Positions 38,001 through 50,900 of a stretch of DNA of 64,000 nucleotides are shown one piece after another. The stretch covers positions 5,631,625 to 5,695,624 of the forward strand of contig CM082579.2 of assembly GCA_040954595.2 (NCBI GenBank). The letters run 5' to 3'. A program made the translations under genes and the position numbers. How positions within the stretch are numbered: the first letter of the stretch is position 1; the number at the start of each line of letters is the position of its first letter. Below the pieces are notes generated by a model. It made no database searches, was not told the origin of the DNA, and saw only the letters and a list, made by a program, of their open reading frames with translations. This DNA comes from Balanoglossus misakiensis (Eukaryota; Animalia; Hemichordata).

Positions 38001-41000
38001 GAAACCTCACCCACACCAGTCCACTTGACAACTTTCCTGTGAGGAGAGGACAATTAAAAGTATTTTGATGAGAGCATACCGTAGCTGGGAACCCCCCCCC
38101 CCCCCCAATGATATAGAGTCAACGCCCGGGGCTTCTATGATCACGCTTTGATCAGTTTAAACAAGATCGGTGAAGGCCAAAGTTGCGGCGCTATTCTCAT
38201 GTACACCCGGGTTGCCTTTGGTGTCCGCACACTTTCGTGTCCTATAGGTGCTTTTTTTTTTCATTGCCCCTTTGTGTTCTATTGTGTGCCGGCTGTGTTG
38301 AAAACCCTGAGCCGTGGAAGAACGTCCAATTTAGCGATTTGTGCGTTTGAATGGCCGCGGTGCAGTTTTAAACCGTCATCATGAATGGGCCGCTCGTTAT
38401 GTGCAAATTACGTGCAAGAGAGACCAATTGACGTAAATCATTCTGAATATGGCAGGCAACGGCTGCGTTCGTGTTTCTCCGTGGATCAAGTGTGGTATTT
38501 GTTTCTTTGGACATTGGCCCCGTGTGAAAAAAAATGTGGTACTGTGACGCGAGCATGTCATGTACTAAGTTTCCCTCTGCTATGGTGAGTGGGCACGTGA
38601 ATTAATCTACATGTCTGCTCGATTGGAAAAAAATCCTCCAGTTTAAAGAGAAAAATTGCGATACTGTTCAAGTTTTAAAAAAAACCTGGATAACACCACA
38701 TGGATTCTGTAACAGTTATATTCAGTACTGTTCAAGTAAATATTTATCTTTCAATTTAATTCACACTGTATTGTTAAGTCTGTCTCTTTTTGATAATCTC
38801 CAAGATGCATATCTCCTGCCTGAGTTTTAATCCCTCAAACTATTCAATACATGGTTCAATCCCATTGTTTTCAAAGACATAGCTGGCTCCACATACAGGG
38901 AAAATGGGGGAGAAAGGACCAAAGCAGATATTGCGGGGAGCTAGGATGTACATTATGTTTGCTGGTGTGTCAATAAAGTTAATGACATCTTCACAAAAAA
39001 TACTTCTCATCTGCATTTTTAATATATCAGTGGTGTGTAATGTTTCTTAGGGAGGTGTTATCGGGAGTAAGATGATAGGGCGCTGTTTATTTGTCGTTTT
39101 GCTGTTGACACAACACCTGTTGATTGGGGTCTACTGTATGTACATGTAGTTGTTATTCTCCCTGGGTATGTCAATGTCAAAAGACCAGTGCTGCTTAATA
39201 CATCTAGATATATTCTGGGGTGGGGTGGGGAATCATGCAGACTCTCAAGTGATCTGTACAGGAGGTTTATAGACAAATACAAATCCTGTTCAATTTTCTT
39301 GAATATGATACAGTCTGATAACTACTGCAACCAACACAGTTCGCTTTTAAACGTGGCAAGAACGGCGCAATAGTATTCGAACCGAGTTTCGCAATCAGTC
39401 GATTCCCCTCGGGGTTACTTCGTGCAAGGCTGGTTGCGGTGACCGAACCAGCATGGTGTCTTTTTCTTTTTTTTGTCCGTCCTGTCAGCTGGATAAAAAA
39501 TGCCGGTCTAAATCGTTGGCCCGGTGACCTCCTTGACCCGAGGGTGATCACCAGCGAAACATAAGCCCCCCCCTTGAAAGATACCACCTAGAGACTTTTG
39601 AAAGAAGTTTTTCCTTTTGGGTCCCAACTCCATCGAGGTTCATTAACCTGGAGTTCACAACCTGTGACTTCCAGGACAACAAAACCAAAATGCACAAAAG
39701 ACGTTACCATGGAAACTTGCTGTTGCTGAAACTCTCCACTCTACCGTTTTTTCCCTGGCAACCGATCAATGTTTTTTTTTGCACATATGATATTGGTATG
39801 TATTCTGGATGCCGGAGATTTTGTTTTTCTTACGTGCGGAATCTTGAATCGTTTCTTTGTGGTTTCAGTTACTTTCTCATTCAGAAATGAAGATAAAGTA
39901 ACTTTGGGTATGTTCTTCCTTCTGTTGTTTTTCGTATTAAAATACCTTGAATTTCACTTTTACAGTAGAATTAAACCATCCTGTGGTTGAGGAAGTTATG
40001 AACCTGACTGCTTTATAACAATTCTCAATAGGCATTTGTGTTGAGATGGGTTGTAATTGGATGCAAGTTACCGGTTATTGATATGTTGCCAATTGTTTTA
40101 ATCTTATTTTCATGAACTGCGGGGTTTAATTGTGTCAAAGGGTTTTAAACCTAATGACAGTGTGGTATTTCAGGGGCATATGATATCACATTAGCTGAGA
40201 ATGTGTAATCTTTAAAGCTGCTTTGATGTCCTCTTGGGGGGGTTCAGTATCAGTTGCATATTTTCCAACAGCTTTTTCAGCTAGCTATCACGTAAGTTAG
40301 ATTGTTGAAATATGAGTCAAAGTTCATTTTCATTCTTCCAGTGTTTCTCCCTATATTTGGCTCAACCAGAAGAATTGTTACCGTGATGACATCCGTGTTT
40401 ATTATAGCATATTTGTTGTGTTCGAAGCCTCATACGGTACACCTGCCTTGTCAGTGTGAATTTATTTCTTATTTGCTTTTGGGTGTTCTGTCTTCATGAA
40501 GACATTCCGACCTGACACAAAATAAACATCTCTGCTTATCACAAGCAGAAATTGATGACTTCAACAAGTTGATTGGAGATGATTCGTTTGACATGGTATC
40601 TCAGTTTTGAAAAAAAATATTCTAGTGAACCAATAATAATGCCATCAATCTAGCTCTAAAAATGGCGATCTTTGCTCGATGCAACATATTTCTCCAGTTC
40701 TGGTAGTGTTTCCCAGCAACATGCATGGTTGTTCTTGGCTGAAGTAGCACCTGAAACCACTCAGTGAAAAACACCTGTTTGCCAGCTCAGCAGAATTTCA
40801 ACCGGCAAGTTTTAATATTCCTGCCTTTCCAAGACGGTTAACATTTAGCTCTTTAACTGCCAAGTCCTTGAGTATAGCTGTCATGACGGTTGCTCCAGCT
40901 GAAAAAAATCTGAAAAGTCAACTCCACACTACAAGAGAGCACCATCACGTTGCACCAAGTGCAGTGGCTTCTGGGACCGTGCACACAATGCAGACGAGGA

Positions 41001-44000
41001 AGGGTATATGTAATATTTCTGAAGCTGATCATGTGTCATCTGCATGCCGTATTAAATATTGGGTTTCTTCATGGGGGATTTCTGCATAAGTTTTCAATGG
41101 CAGACTTTAATGTCAATGACCACGCTGGTGCCGCTCAGGGAAATGGATATAGTTGATTCGGTAACAATTTTATTTTCGGTACACTGAACTATTGTTAGAC
41201 TAGAACCTGTTGAAACACAATCTTCCCTTCTTGTTTGCAAGTTGACGCAATATCTTTTTTAGGAGTAATTTCTAACAATCGCAGCTCTGTCTCGAGTTTA
41301 GATTTTATTTTTAACAAAATCGAATTACTGAATGATGTTACTTCTAGTTACTGGTGAAGAAACTCTCCCTGTATGATTGCGTGTATAAACTTCTCCATCA
41401 TGATCTCACACACACAATGTACATGTATACCTGCAATCATTTGGCTAAGGTGTTTTGTGGGATTTGTAGGGATTCGGTATTGTCTTACCGGTATTTTGTC
41501 CTCCAATCAAATCTTGACCCAATACAAACATGGATATTTTGTTAAAGCTTTGTGAAAATCCACAGAGATTTTTCTTCAGGATGCAATACATTTGTACACG
41601 TATCCTCCGCACATGCTCAAATCTTTCATTTCCTATGCACGTGTACACAGAATAATGGCTTCAGTTATTTTTTTGCACCCCTCAGATGGAAAATGTAGGT
41701 TGCTTGCTCGGGAGACAATGCTATCTGGATTCTGATATATTGGCATTTCTGGACTATCCCGAGTTGTGTACTTTAAATTAAAAGTGTATCAAGTGTGTGG
41801 AATCAGGTGAATTGACTTGTGGCAAGTTAATTGACAGTGTCGAAATCAGAGCCACAATCGCAAATAAGGGTTGCTATACAACAAGCTGAGAAGAGACCGA
41901 TAAAACAGTCTGTGTGTATTTGACTTGCGTCTTGTACATGCAACTTACATTTCATGCCACGGATTACTCTTCAAAAATATTTAAAGAGTTGCCGGGCGCT
42001 TCTTGATTGGATGGGATTGAAGTCCAGGTGTTGAACAAATGACTTCGTACTTTTTTTCTTCCTTGGTTCTTAACATAGTGGCAAGAGATTCTGAACTTGC
42101 AACCAAGTGTGAATTACCGGACAAGCTTGTTTTGAAATTCCACACTGCCACAAAAAGCTGTGTCCTGGCCTGTATTTTTTTCTTCCTTGGTTCTTAACAT
42201 GGTGGCAAGAGATTCTGAACTTGCAACCATGCAAGTGTGAATTACCCGACAAGCTTGTTTTGAAATTCCACACTGCCACTAAAAGCTGTGTCAGTGGTCC
42301 GTACAGTTTAAAGCCTGAATTAAGATTAATTGCTTTAAGAGGTTTTGGGGTGAAAGTAATCACTTTTTAATTGACCACGGTGAATAAGCAGTCATTAAAT
42401 CAACAGAAAGGAATCATCTTTGGGGGGTCATGGGAAGTGTGCCCTGCTTTTCTCAGCCATAACACAATGCATCTGATCTTCCGTGTGGATCGTTCTTTGT
42501 GACATACGAACTCTACTGTACCACTCAATCGGTATTTCTAAAGCCAGTGATAGGAACTGACAAAGTGTATGATTTGTATGTTCGGTGTGCGACAGTACTC
42601 AATTGATAGAGATCCTTGTGTTCCTGTTTGTGTGGTTTGGAACCACTTAACACGTACACACAGTAATTGGCTCGTAAACGTACATGCTTCCTGCTGTGCT
42701 GTTTTTCTGTGTGAGCAGCTGCAGTACGTGTTATGTCTCCGCAGACAATTATGTTTTTCATCTGATCATTGAAACAGTATCTGGAAGTCGTGTGATGGAT
42801 TAATCTCCAAGAATTTGGTTGATTTCTTGAAGATAAATGTAATATGCACCAAAGATAACCTTACTCATGCAATATTAAAATCTCATTGCGAATTTAATTA
42901 CCAAACATGGACAGATATAATCAGGTTAATATGTTCGTAGCTGTGGACATATTTTAAAATTTATATTGAAACCAGTAATTTACATACGGTATTCCCAATA
43001 TTATATTTGCATCATAGGCCAAATACACTCTCAACAGCGGGTTTATGCTGTGATGCCCTGGACATCTCAATATAGACCACTGGGCAAACAAGCTTATTGA
43101 AAGATTTCAATAAATTCACTTTACTTTGTGTGCAGTTCCATGATACAGTGTGCTATGCTGCGCTCAGGGAACGTGATAGGTTGCGTTGCCACGGAAACAC
43201 TGGCAATACAACAGTGGCAACATCCTGTCACCTTTTAGTAGAACATGTCCCCAAGGATATACATGTATTTGCCTTGGTGGTTTAGCCCCACATTTAAATT
43301 TGATGTCTGGGTATTATAATTTCAGCGTATTGACGGACCTCGGAGGAAATCGCCGAAGCAAAAGTCGGTCGTTATACTGTCATGACCGATGATTTTGCCG
43401 TTGTGATGACGTAACCCCCAGTAAAAGAACTACTCATCTCTGTAGGAGAGGGACTGTAAAAGTTTATATGGAAGTCACATTTTTTCCTTGTGCCAAGGAT
43501 ATGCCATAATGGATTAACTTCTTGAACTCTTTTTAGCACATACAAATAATTCACCCCTTTTCGACCCTACAGTTGAGTCTGAATTTTACATCATTCCCAG
43601 ACATGACAATGAACCAACCTTAACTCAAAAGTTAAAGTCTGGTTCAATGATTGCCACCAAATGTTGATATTTCCAATTAAAACTGTTTGAGTCGCAGGTT
43701 TTTTTTATCTCTTTTAATGCTCATTTGGTATTGGTGAGACTTTGGTCGTACACAGACAGAAAAGGACAATTTCCTGTCAGGAGTGTGTGCAGATGCGATG
43801 AAATATATCTGTGTTGATTACGCTGGGTTCAAATAAATTGCAACCTTTATTACCTGTGTAGCATGTACTGGAGTTATCTGGTACACATATTGGGATGTGA
43901 TTAGAATTTATTAGAAAGTTTCTCGGAGATTTGTGTTCATTCCAGCTGGTTGGTTTCAGTTTATTAGTTTGTAGTTTTCGCAGTTTACTGGTGACATAAA

Positions 44001-44872
44001 TATGGAGGTTGCATTCTTCTAGTCTAACAGATCTGAAGTTCACAAGCAAAATAACCAAGAAATGTCAGGGAAAAATCAATTATACATGACTGTACATTTA
44101 ATCAATTTTCAATTAATCTGTTCAAAGTGAAATGCGTGTGTTTTGACAAATGAATCATTCGTAATTAAGAATTTTTAAATGATTGATTGAAGGTACGGAC
44201 ATGTAAGAGTTATTACGCAGTACTTCACCTAAAATCTCAGCAAAGTTGTATTTTTCGACAGTTGCCTCTTCATTCTTAATAACGGGTTGTATGTCAAGTT
44301 AATGTTTGCGTACACCTAAACAAACGTAACTAATATTTGATTGTATTGGCTTAGTGATCGAGGCTGATTTGATTTGACAGACACGTTCTGATGAAAGCAG
44401 CTGAGCTTTTCAAAGTTTGACGTAAAATTATCATGAAAGGACAGAATTTTAGGTCATCTTGTGTACTTGACCTTCCAAGACTGCCAGCAACATACAATTA
44501 ACAACAAAAAAACTGAATTATTAATGTTACGGAGCGGTAGAAGGACACAATTACAGTAGAGGTTTCACATAAAAGGCTCTGTTTTTTTTTAAATAGAGTT
44601 GTAGATGAAGATTATTGCACCAAGTTATTTCCCAGGTGAGGTATCCACAGTTTAATAAATACCGCTGTTGTGTGGTCTTGCCACAACCTTGATGTTGAAA
44701 TTACATTTGGAAGGTCACAAACAATGAACAATGCAGTGCCATTGAACGAGGCTCTATTTATCTTTGAATGTAAATAAAGTCTTTGCAAATTGGCCTGGGA
44801 ACGACAAAGTCCCTACACCACAGTCCTGTAGACTCATTTACCATGTACAAGACTGTTCATCAGAGATGTCGA

Positions 44873-44926
<54 letters not shown>

Positions 44927-47900
44927 CCCCCACCACCACCACCACCATTGTCATTGTTATGAAAATAATAGTTATCAGTACCTGGTATAATTTTGAATTA
45001 GTATTTGGTTAACTTTTTACAATAAAGAATCAAGAATGTCTTAGCAAGTGTACAGCAGTGTGCTCTACTATGAGACATTCATGCATACAAATGTACTGTC
45101 CTCTGAACGTTGCTCAGTTAACTTTCAGACTCATCAGTTTCATTTCAAGTTTAGCTCCTCAATTCACGGTGCGTCCGGGAAAGTGTGTCACGACATCAAA
45201 TAGAGAGAACCTGTCATGTCCAGGTAACTAAGCGAAACAAGAATGTTAATGGACACAAGCAAAGTGTGGCGGAAAACAGCTCCACTGTTACTGGTGTTAC
45301 CGCGTGTACGTGCAACATTGTCATAATGCAGCATAAACCATTCCCACCAATTTATCCATTTGATTGTTTGTTTTATGGAAAAAAACTTCATAATTTGTGA
45401 CATAAATTTTGTTAATAGCGACAAGGGTTCTTTGCAAAACGTTCAAATGTAAGTTATACTTTGTGTCATTAATTATAGGTTCAATGATCAGATTTATTGT
45501 TGTGGGTTATTTGCAGAAAATAATTGGGTTAATAGAACAGTGGTTACCTATTGGAAACCTCGGCTCAGATATGTTTTGGGGCAGCCTGCTAGATTTTGAC
45601 ACAAGTTTCACATGAGTAAATAAGTTTCCGAAGAAGTTACCGAATTCACAGAAGAAATTCCAAGACTGTAATTCTATGATCTTGATTTCCTGAAAAACAA
45701 ACAAACCCCCCCCCCCCACCTGTTAGATACCTGAACTGACTGTAGTGTAGTGTTTTTCTCCCGCTTAACGTGCCTTGCTACGCACTGAGGCTGGTTGTCT
45801 TGGGTTGCACTCAGTTTTTTCAAGACTGCAGAAGTTTTGTTTGCCTTGACTCGAGAGAGAGAAAGGAGACTGAAATGCACCGTTCTGTCGGGACATATTG
45901 TGGAAAGTATGTAAATTGGTGAACAATGACAAAAGTCCTTCACAAACTGAGGGCCAAAGGGAGTGCAATGTACACTTCAAGTCTTGATCGCTACCACCTG
46001 GTCCTGACGGCCATCCGCAGTTACAAATTGCATACACACGCACACGTCTGCAATCTTCCAGGCCCCACTCTCAAAACTGAACTTGATTAAAAACTTCAAT
46101 TCAAAAGATTCCAGTCCCCCTTCAGACAGACATTTTGTTGATTTACTAACTTGAAGAGCCTAAGAACCTGACTGTACCAAATTCAACTTCAGCGCTGCTC
46201 AGCACTCACGGAGACGGTCGAGTGGTTGAGACAGCAGAGGATAAGTGCCTCTCCAGTGAATGGGACAAGCCCACCCCTTCTTCTGTGTGATTTCCTGGCG
46301 TAGTCTCAGTGCTGCTATTAAAATGCCTTTTGCAATTCTGATAAGTTCCTTCTACTTTAGAAATAGTCTTTTTAAACTTTATAATAAGTACTCTGTACAA
46401 TTTTAACTGAATTTGTAAATGAATGTTTGACATACCGTACGACTTAAATGGCACTTGAATACTCAACATATAACTTACAGCCGAAATTATGAAAGGTCGC
46501 CGATTCAATATGTGATCTAGACGTCCTGTGTGCACTGAACACACGATGTGTTTATCTAACACAAACAACAGAACCTCTCATAAAAGAGATGCGGTATCAT
46601 TAGACTAATTACAGATGGTAGTCTGGAAACACGCTCCCCCTCAGAGAGAGTTGTTTACTTGGGTACGATGTCAAAGTTTAATCTCAAAGTGTATACGCTT
46701 TATGTTGAGAGTGTACCCAAGTAAACAACTCTCTCTGAGGGGGAGCGTGTTTCCAGACTACCATCTGTAATTAGTCTAATGATACCGCATCTCTTTTATG
46801 AGAGGTTCTGTTGTTTGTGTTAGATAAACACATCGTGTGTTCAGTGCACACAGGACGTCTAGATCACATATTGAATCGGCGACCTTTCATAATTTCGGCT
46901 GTACATTGAGAGTATGAAACTTCTGTCTGACTCCTCTTATATTAAACTCTGCACAAATCAGGCGGGGGTTGGGTGGGTAAATAGCTGACCAAAGCATAAT
47001 AAGTGTAGATTGATGTATCTGATATTCCAACCTATAGTAATTTGGTGTCAGGACTTGATTTTTAGCCTTTTATAAATTATGGCCCATAAGTGTGATAAAT
47101 TATTCAAAAATAAAAACCTCGATCTGTTGTTATTAGATTATCGTACAACATTGACTATTTTACAGCCGCGTAATTTACCCGTTTCACTTCATAATTTGGT
47201 ATTGCCCCATGGGCGAGTCTTTTTGTGTATTCTGTTAATAGGGGTGGTCGGGTCAACCCCTATATCATTCCAGTGCTTGAGTCCAATTTTTAAGCAATTA
47301 TGGAGAAAATTGCCTGATGTTAAATGGAAGGCTATTTCGTCGTGATTGGTTTTATAAATAACAGTGTATACATGTGTGATATTAAATCACCAGTTCTCCA
47401 TTTCCAGTGGCATATACATGTATGATGAAGTTAAGGTAGTATGCGCCTTGGGGATAGATTCCTCTGGGCTTTCATTTCTTTGCTATATTAAAGTGTGTCA
47501 ACTCTTTTAGGAAACAGAGAAGAAATAGGCTGTTCACTGTCTTGTTTTTATAAATTATTATGGAGTTATACGTGTGTTTGCGGCCGGTTTAATATTTCAA
47601 ATTTGAGAAAATTTAAGACTTATTTTCGAGGGCAGGCGCATACTACCTTAATCTGAAAGGGGCTAAAGCTATGCTTCTCTGCTTTCGGACGTTCTCTATA
47701 AAGCTTTCAATAAAAATACTGCCTTGGTGTCGTTGCCCGGTGATTCTTGAACTGCGGATGACCTTCCTGTCTGTTGGTGACAAAAAATTGGGACAACCAC
47801 TTGACTTGATGAACTGTGAGATTATGCTGGTGTTGAGTGGTTGAGTTGACAGTCACAGGACCTTTTTAAGGGTATGAATAATCCTAAACTTGATTTCATT

Positions 47901-50900
47901 TTTTTTCTATAAACTTCACTACAACAGGTCAATGACTGAACTCCACCTTTTTCGAAACAACAGATGCTTTTTTTGTACACGTACGGTCTACGTACACAAC
48001 TTATTGTGCGTCCGTTCAATGTCATGTGCATTCTTGTTCACCCGGCGACATCATCCCTCCATGGCAACGCCGTTGTTTGTTCGTCTGTTTGGATGTCCGG
48101 CGGTGGGGTGTCCGCAGTCACAATGCACTAGCTGCGGCAGCCCTTTTATTATTACAGATGTGTTCCCAGTGTTTGTGTGCGGCGTATTCCAAGCTTACAT
48201 TCAACTGCATGGCCGTTCCGATGGAATACCCCCGACGGGCATGTGCCATTGTCGTGGTGGTGTATATAGCGGAAATCGCCGATTGTCGCATTATAGCTAC
48301 ACCCTGCATTTTAGCGTCATCGTCGTTGGCATTGACCTTCGTGTGATTTGGCACCAGGGGTGTCTCTGACGACAGAGCCCCGATAAATGTCTGCTTCGGG
48401 TAAATAGAAAAACGGGCCACAAAAGCCCAGATGTGGAATGTTAATGGCTTTAATAACATGTTTGACATAGACTACCTGAGGATAAATAAAACTACCGATC
48501 ACGTTTTGATAATGCATCGATCAGATGCTTCATTAAATGGGCAGTGGAATCCCTCCAAATTCATAACATTCTTTTCGTTCAGCAGAATTGGGGGAAAAAT
48601 CTGCGGACTGCTAAAAATGGAAATTGACCATTATTTCACATTTTGTATAATTTTGTGGTGGAATACTTGCAACTGTGCCAACCATTTTAAAACAATGTGC
48701 GTAGGTATGTAAATAGCAATTTTGTCTGACATGAGGAATCTTGAGTTAGCTTGTACAGTTACATGTACCTATGCACTGATCCAACAGGTGGTTTTGAACA
48801 CCGATATGTGAAACAGAATTCCAGAATTGCACTTTTTAATGGGACAGACAAAGCAAATATTTGTCAGGTTTTAATGCACATGCATGTTTCCATGGCATCC
48901 AAGGTCTGTCTGTCCCAGAATTATCCCAAGAATGCAAAAAAATATCTTCTGCAGTTTAGTCTGACAGTACAGAAATCTGCTTTAATTCAGATAAAAAAAT
49001 TCAATTTGCTTTTTAGTTTATATTCTGTTGACATATTTCGAGTACTTGTATTAAATTAAGCGGGGTATGTTTTCATGCTCAATCGACCATCAACTGAAAG
49101 CAAACCCAATAATTCTTGATTAAAATCAAATTGTGTTGACATTCTTGTTCAGATATTAAATTACTTTCATTGTAGCGTGTTTAGGATCAGTCGGTCGCAG
49201 CCAGCTTACAGTAAACATGGTTTGAATATCTAATTTAATGTCCAAATTGTTGAATAATTTAATTGTGCATGTAACAGTATATATGTTTTATGATACGATA
49301 AATGTCCTTATGATTAAAATACAAATAGCTTTTTTATGATTACGTAAACCCAAAAGACATGTTTCCGTTATCCACTATTCAAATATTTGACATTTTATTC
49401 TTGAAAGGTTAAATGTCAGATTTGTGTATTTGAGGGTTTCATAAAACACCCTGTGTGGTAATTGGTACATACCGTCTGATATTAGAACTCTAAACTAATA
49501 TCTGATTGTTTCTTTTCTTCATCTTCTTCTTCCGCAGATCAAGCTCTCCTCGAAGACATTCTACTTGACAGTGGCTACTACTCTTACTACAGTACTGTAA
49601 GTATATAATTATATGAAATTATACAGTATAACGTCTGTATAATAACACCATTTTTTTCAATTTTGGGGGTGGATTTGCTTAATGACTTCCCTTCTATGTT
49701 ATTTTGAATTCATTAACTGCAAACGTTCTGTTTACCGTCTCTTCTACCTGAATAATTTCAAGATTTTTACGATCATTTTTATGCCTCTCTGAGTACTCTA
49801 AATGACTTTCAAATAAATCAGGAAGATGTGCTTTGTTTCCGTGGCCTCTGGGGAACCCAGACATGTGTTCTGAAACAGCTCGTAAAAAGAGGTTACTGTT
49901 GTACGTATTGTGTAAGAAAAGTTGCCCAACTTGACCTGTTGTGTAGACAGCATTGTCTTTTACAGAGATGGGTGATAATTTTAGGTGAGGTGATAAAATA
50001 TATTACAACATGAATAAGGTAATAAAGCATTATATAGGACAGACAGACAGGGTAATAAAAAAGATAAATATTACCTGACAGATAAGTCATTTAGCCAGGA
50101 GTGTGAGTGTCTCATATTATTCTGTCATTTTGTTTGTTATGCATGATGATGATGATGAAGATGATGATGATGGTGGTGGTGGTTGTGGTGATGATGATGT
50201 CAATGATGGTGGTGGCAGTGGTTGTGACGATGATAGTGGTGGTAGTGCAAGTCTAGATGCAGGATATGTTCAGTATATATTTTTAACACACGAGCAGAAT
50301 TGTAAGCTCTGTTGATCAAGTTTTCCATTAGTAATCCAATGCCCACCGCTCAGTCGTTAAATATTTGCAGAGATATCTGGGAACAGTCACAACACTGTGA
50401 TCAGTTTCACAAACAGAACGTACAATCATGTGATACGCTTCACCTGTGTCTTCGTCAAATAAAACCATAAGCAGTTCAAGAAAACTGAATAGGTCAGTGT
50501 GGTTAAGTGGTTGTCAGTAGAAAGATTCCAAGAGAGCGTACTTTGTGAAAATAACAGGTGTTTCAACATAGGTTAGTGGTGTTGTCAATCTACACCCTTG
50601 TAACCCTGTGCTGTGTTTTATGGTAAAAGAATGAGTAACTTTGTCAACCCTGAAAGACACATTGCCGGGGGGGTTGCGCATAAATTTTATGGATCTAACG
50701 GTCTGCCTTAATTGGAAAATGGCAGCCATAAACTTGTTAGTGGCTACTGTAAAAGTCTACGTCTTTACCAAGGCTGTAACTGTAAATCAAGTTTATATTC
50801 AGTTTATGGAGTGAGGCTTTGGTATAAAATGCCGAATCCTCAAGTACTAGTAGTAGTCTGTCTTCATCATGATTTATTGCAAAATGTCTCCAGCTTTATG

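Noticed and set aside
44764-45012. Poly-Ile/Thr ORF, and the similar poly-Asp/Gly ORF at 50103-50315
   Set aside because: Translations of microsatellites.
47890-48517. Cluster of Cys-rich ORFs in the NSUN7 intron
   Set aside because: No motif, splice or codon-bias support; likely a repeat insertion.
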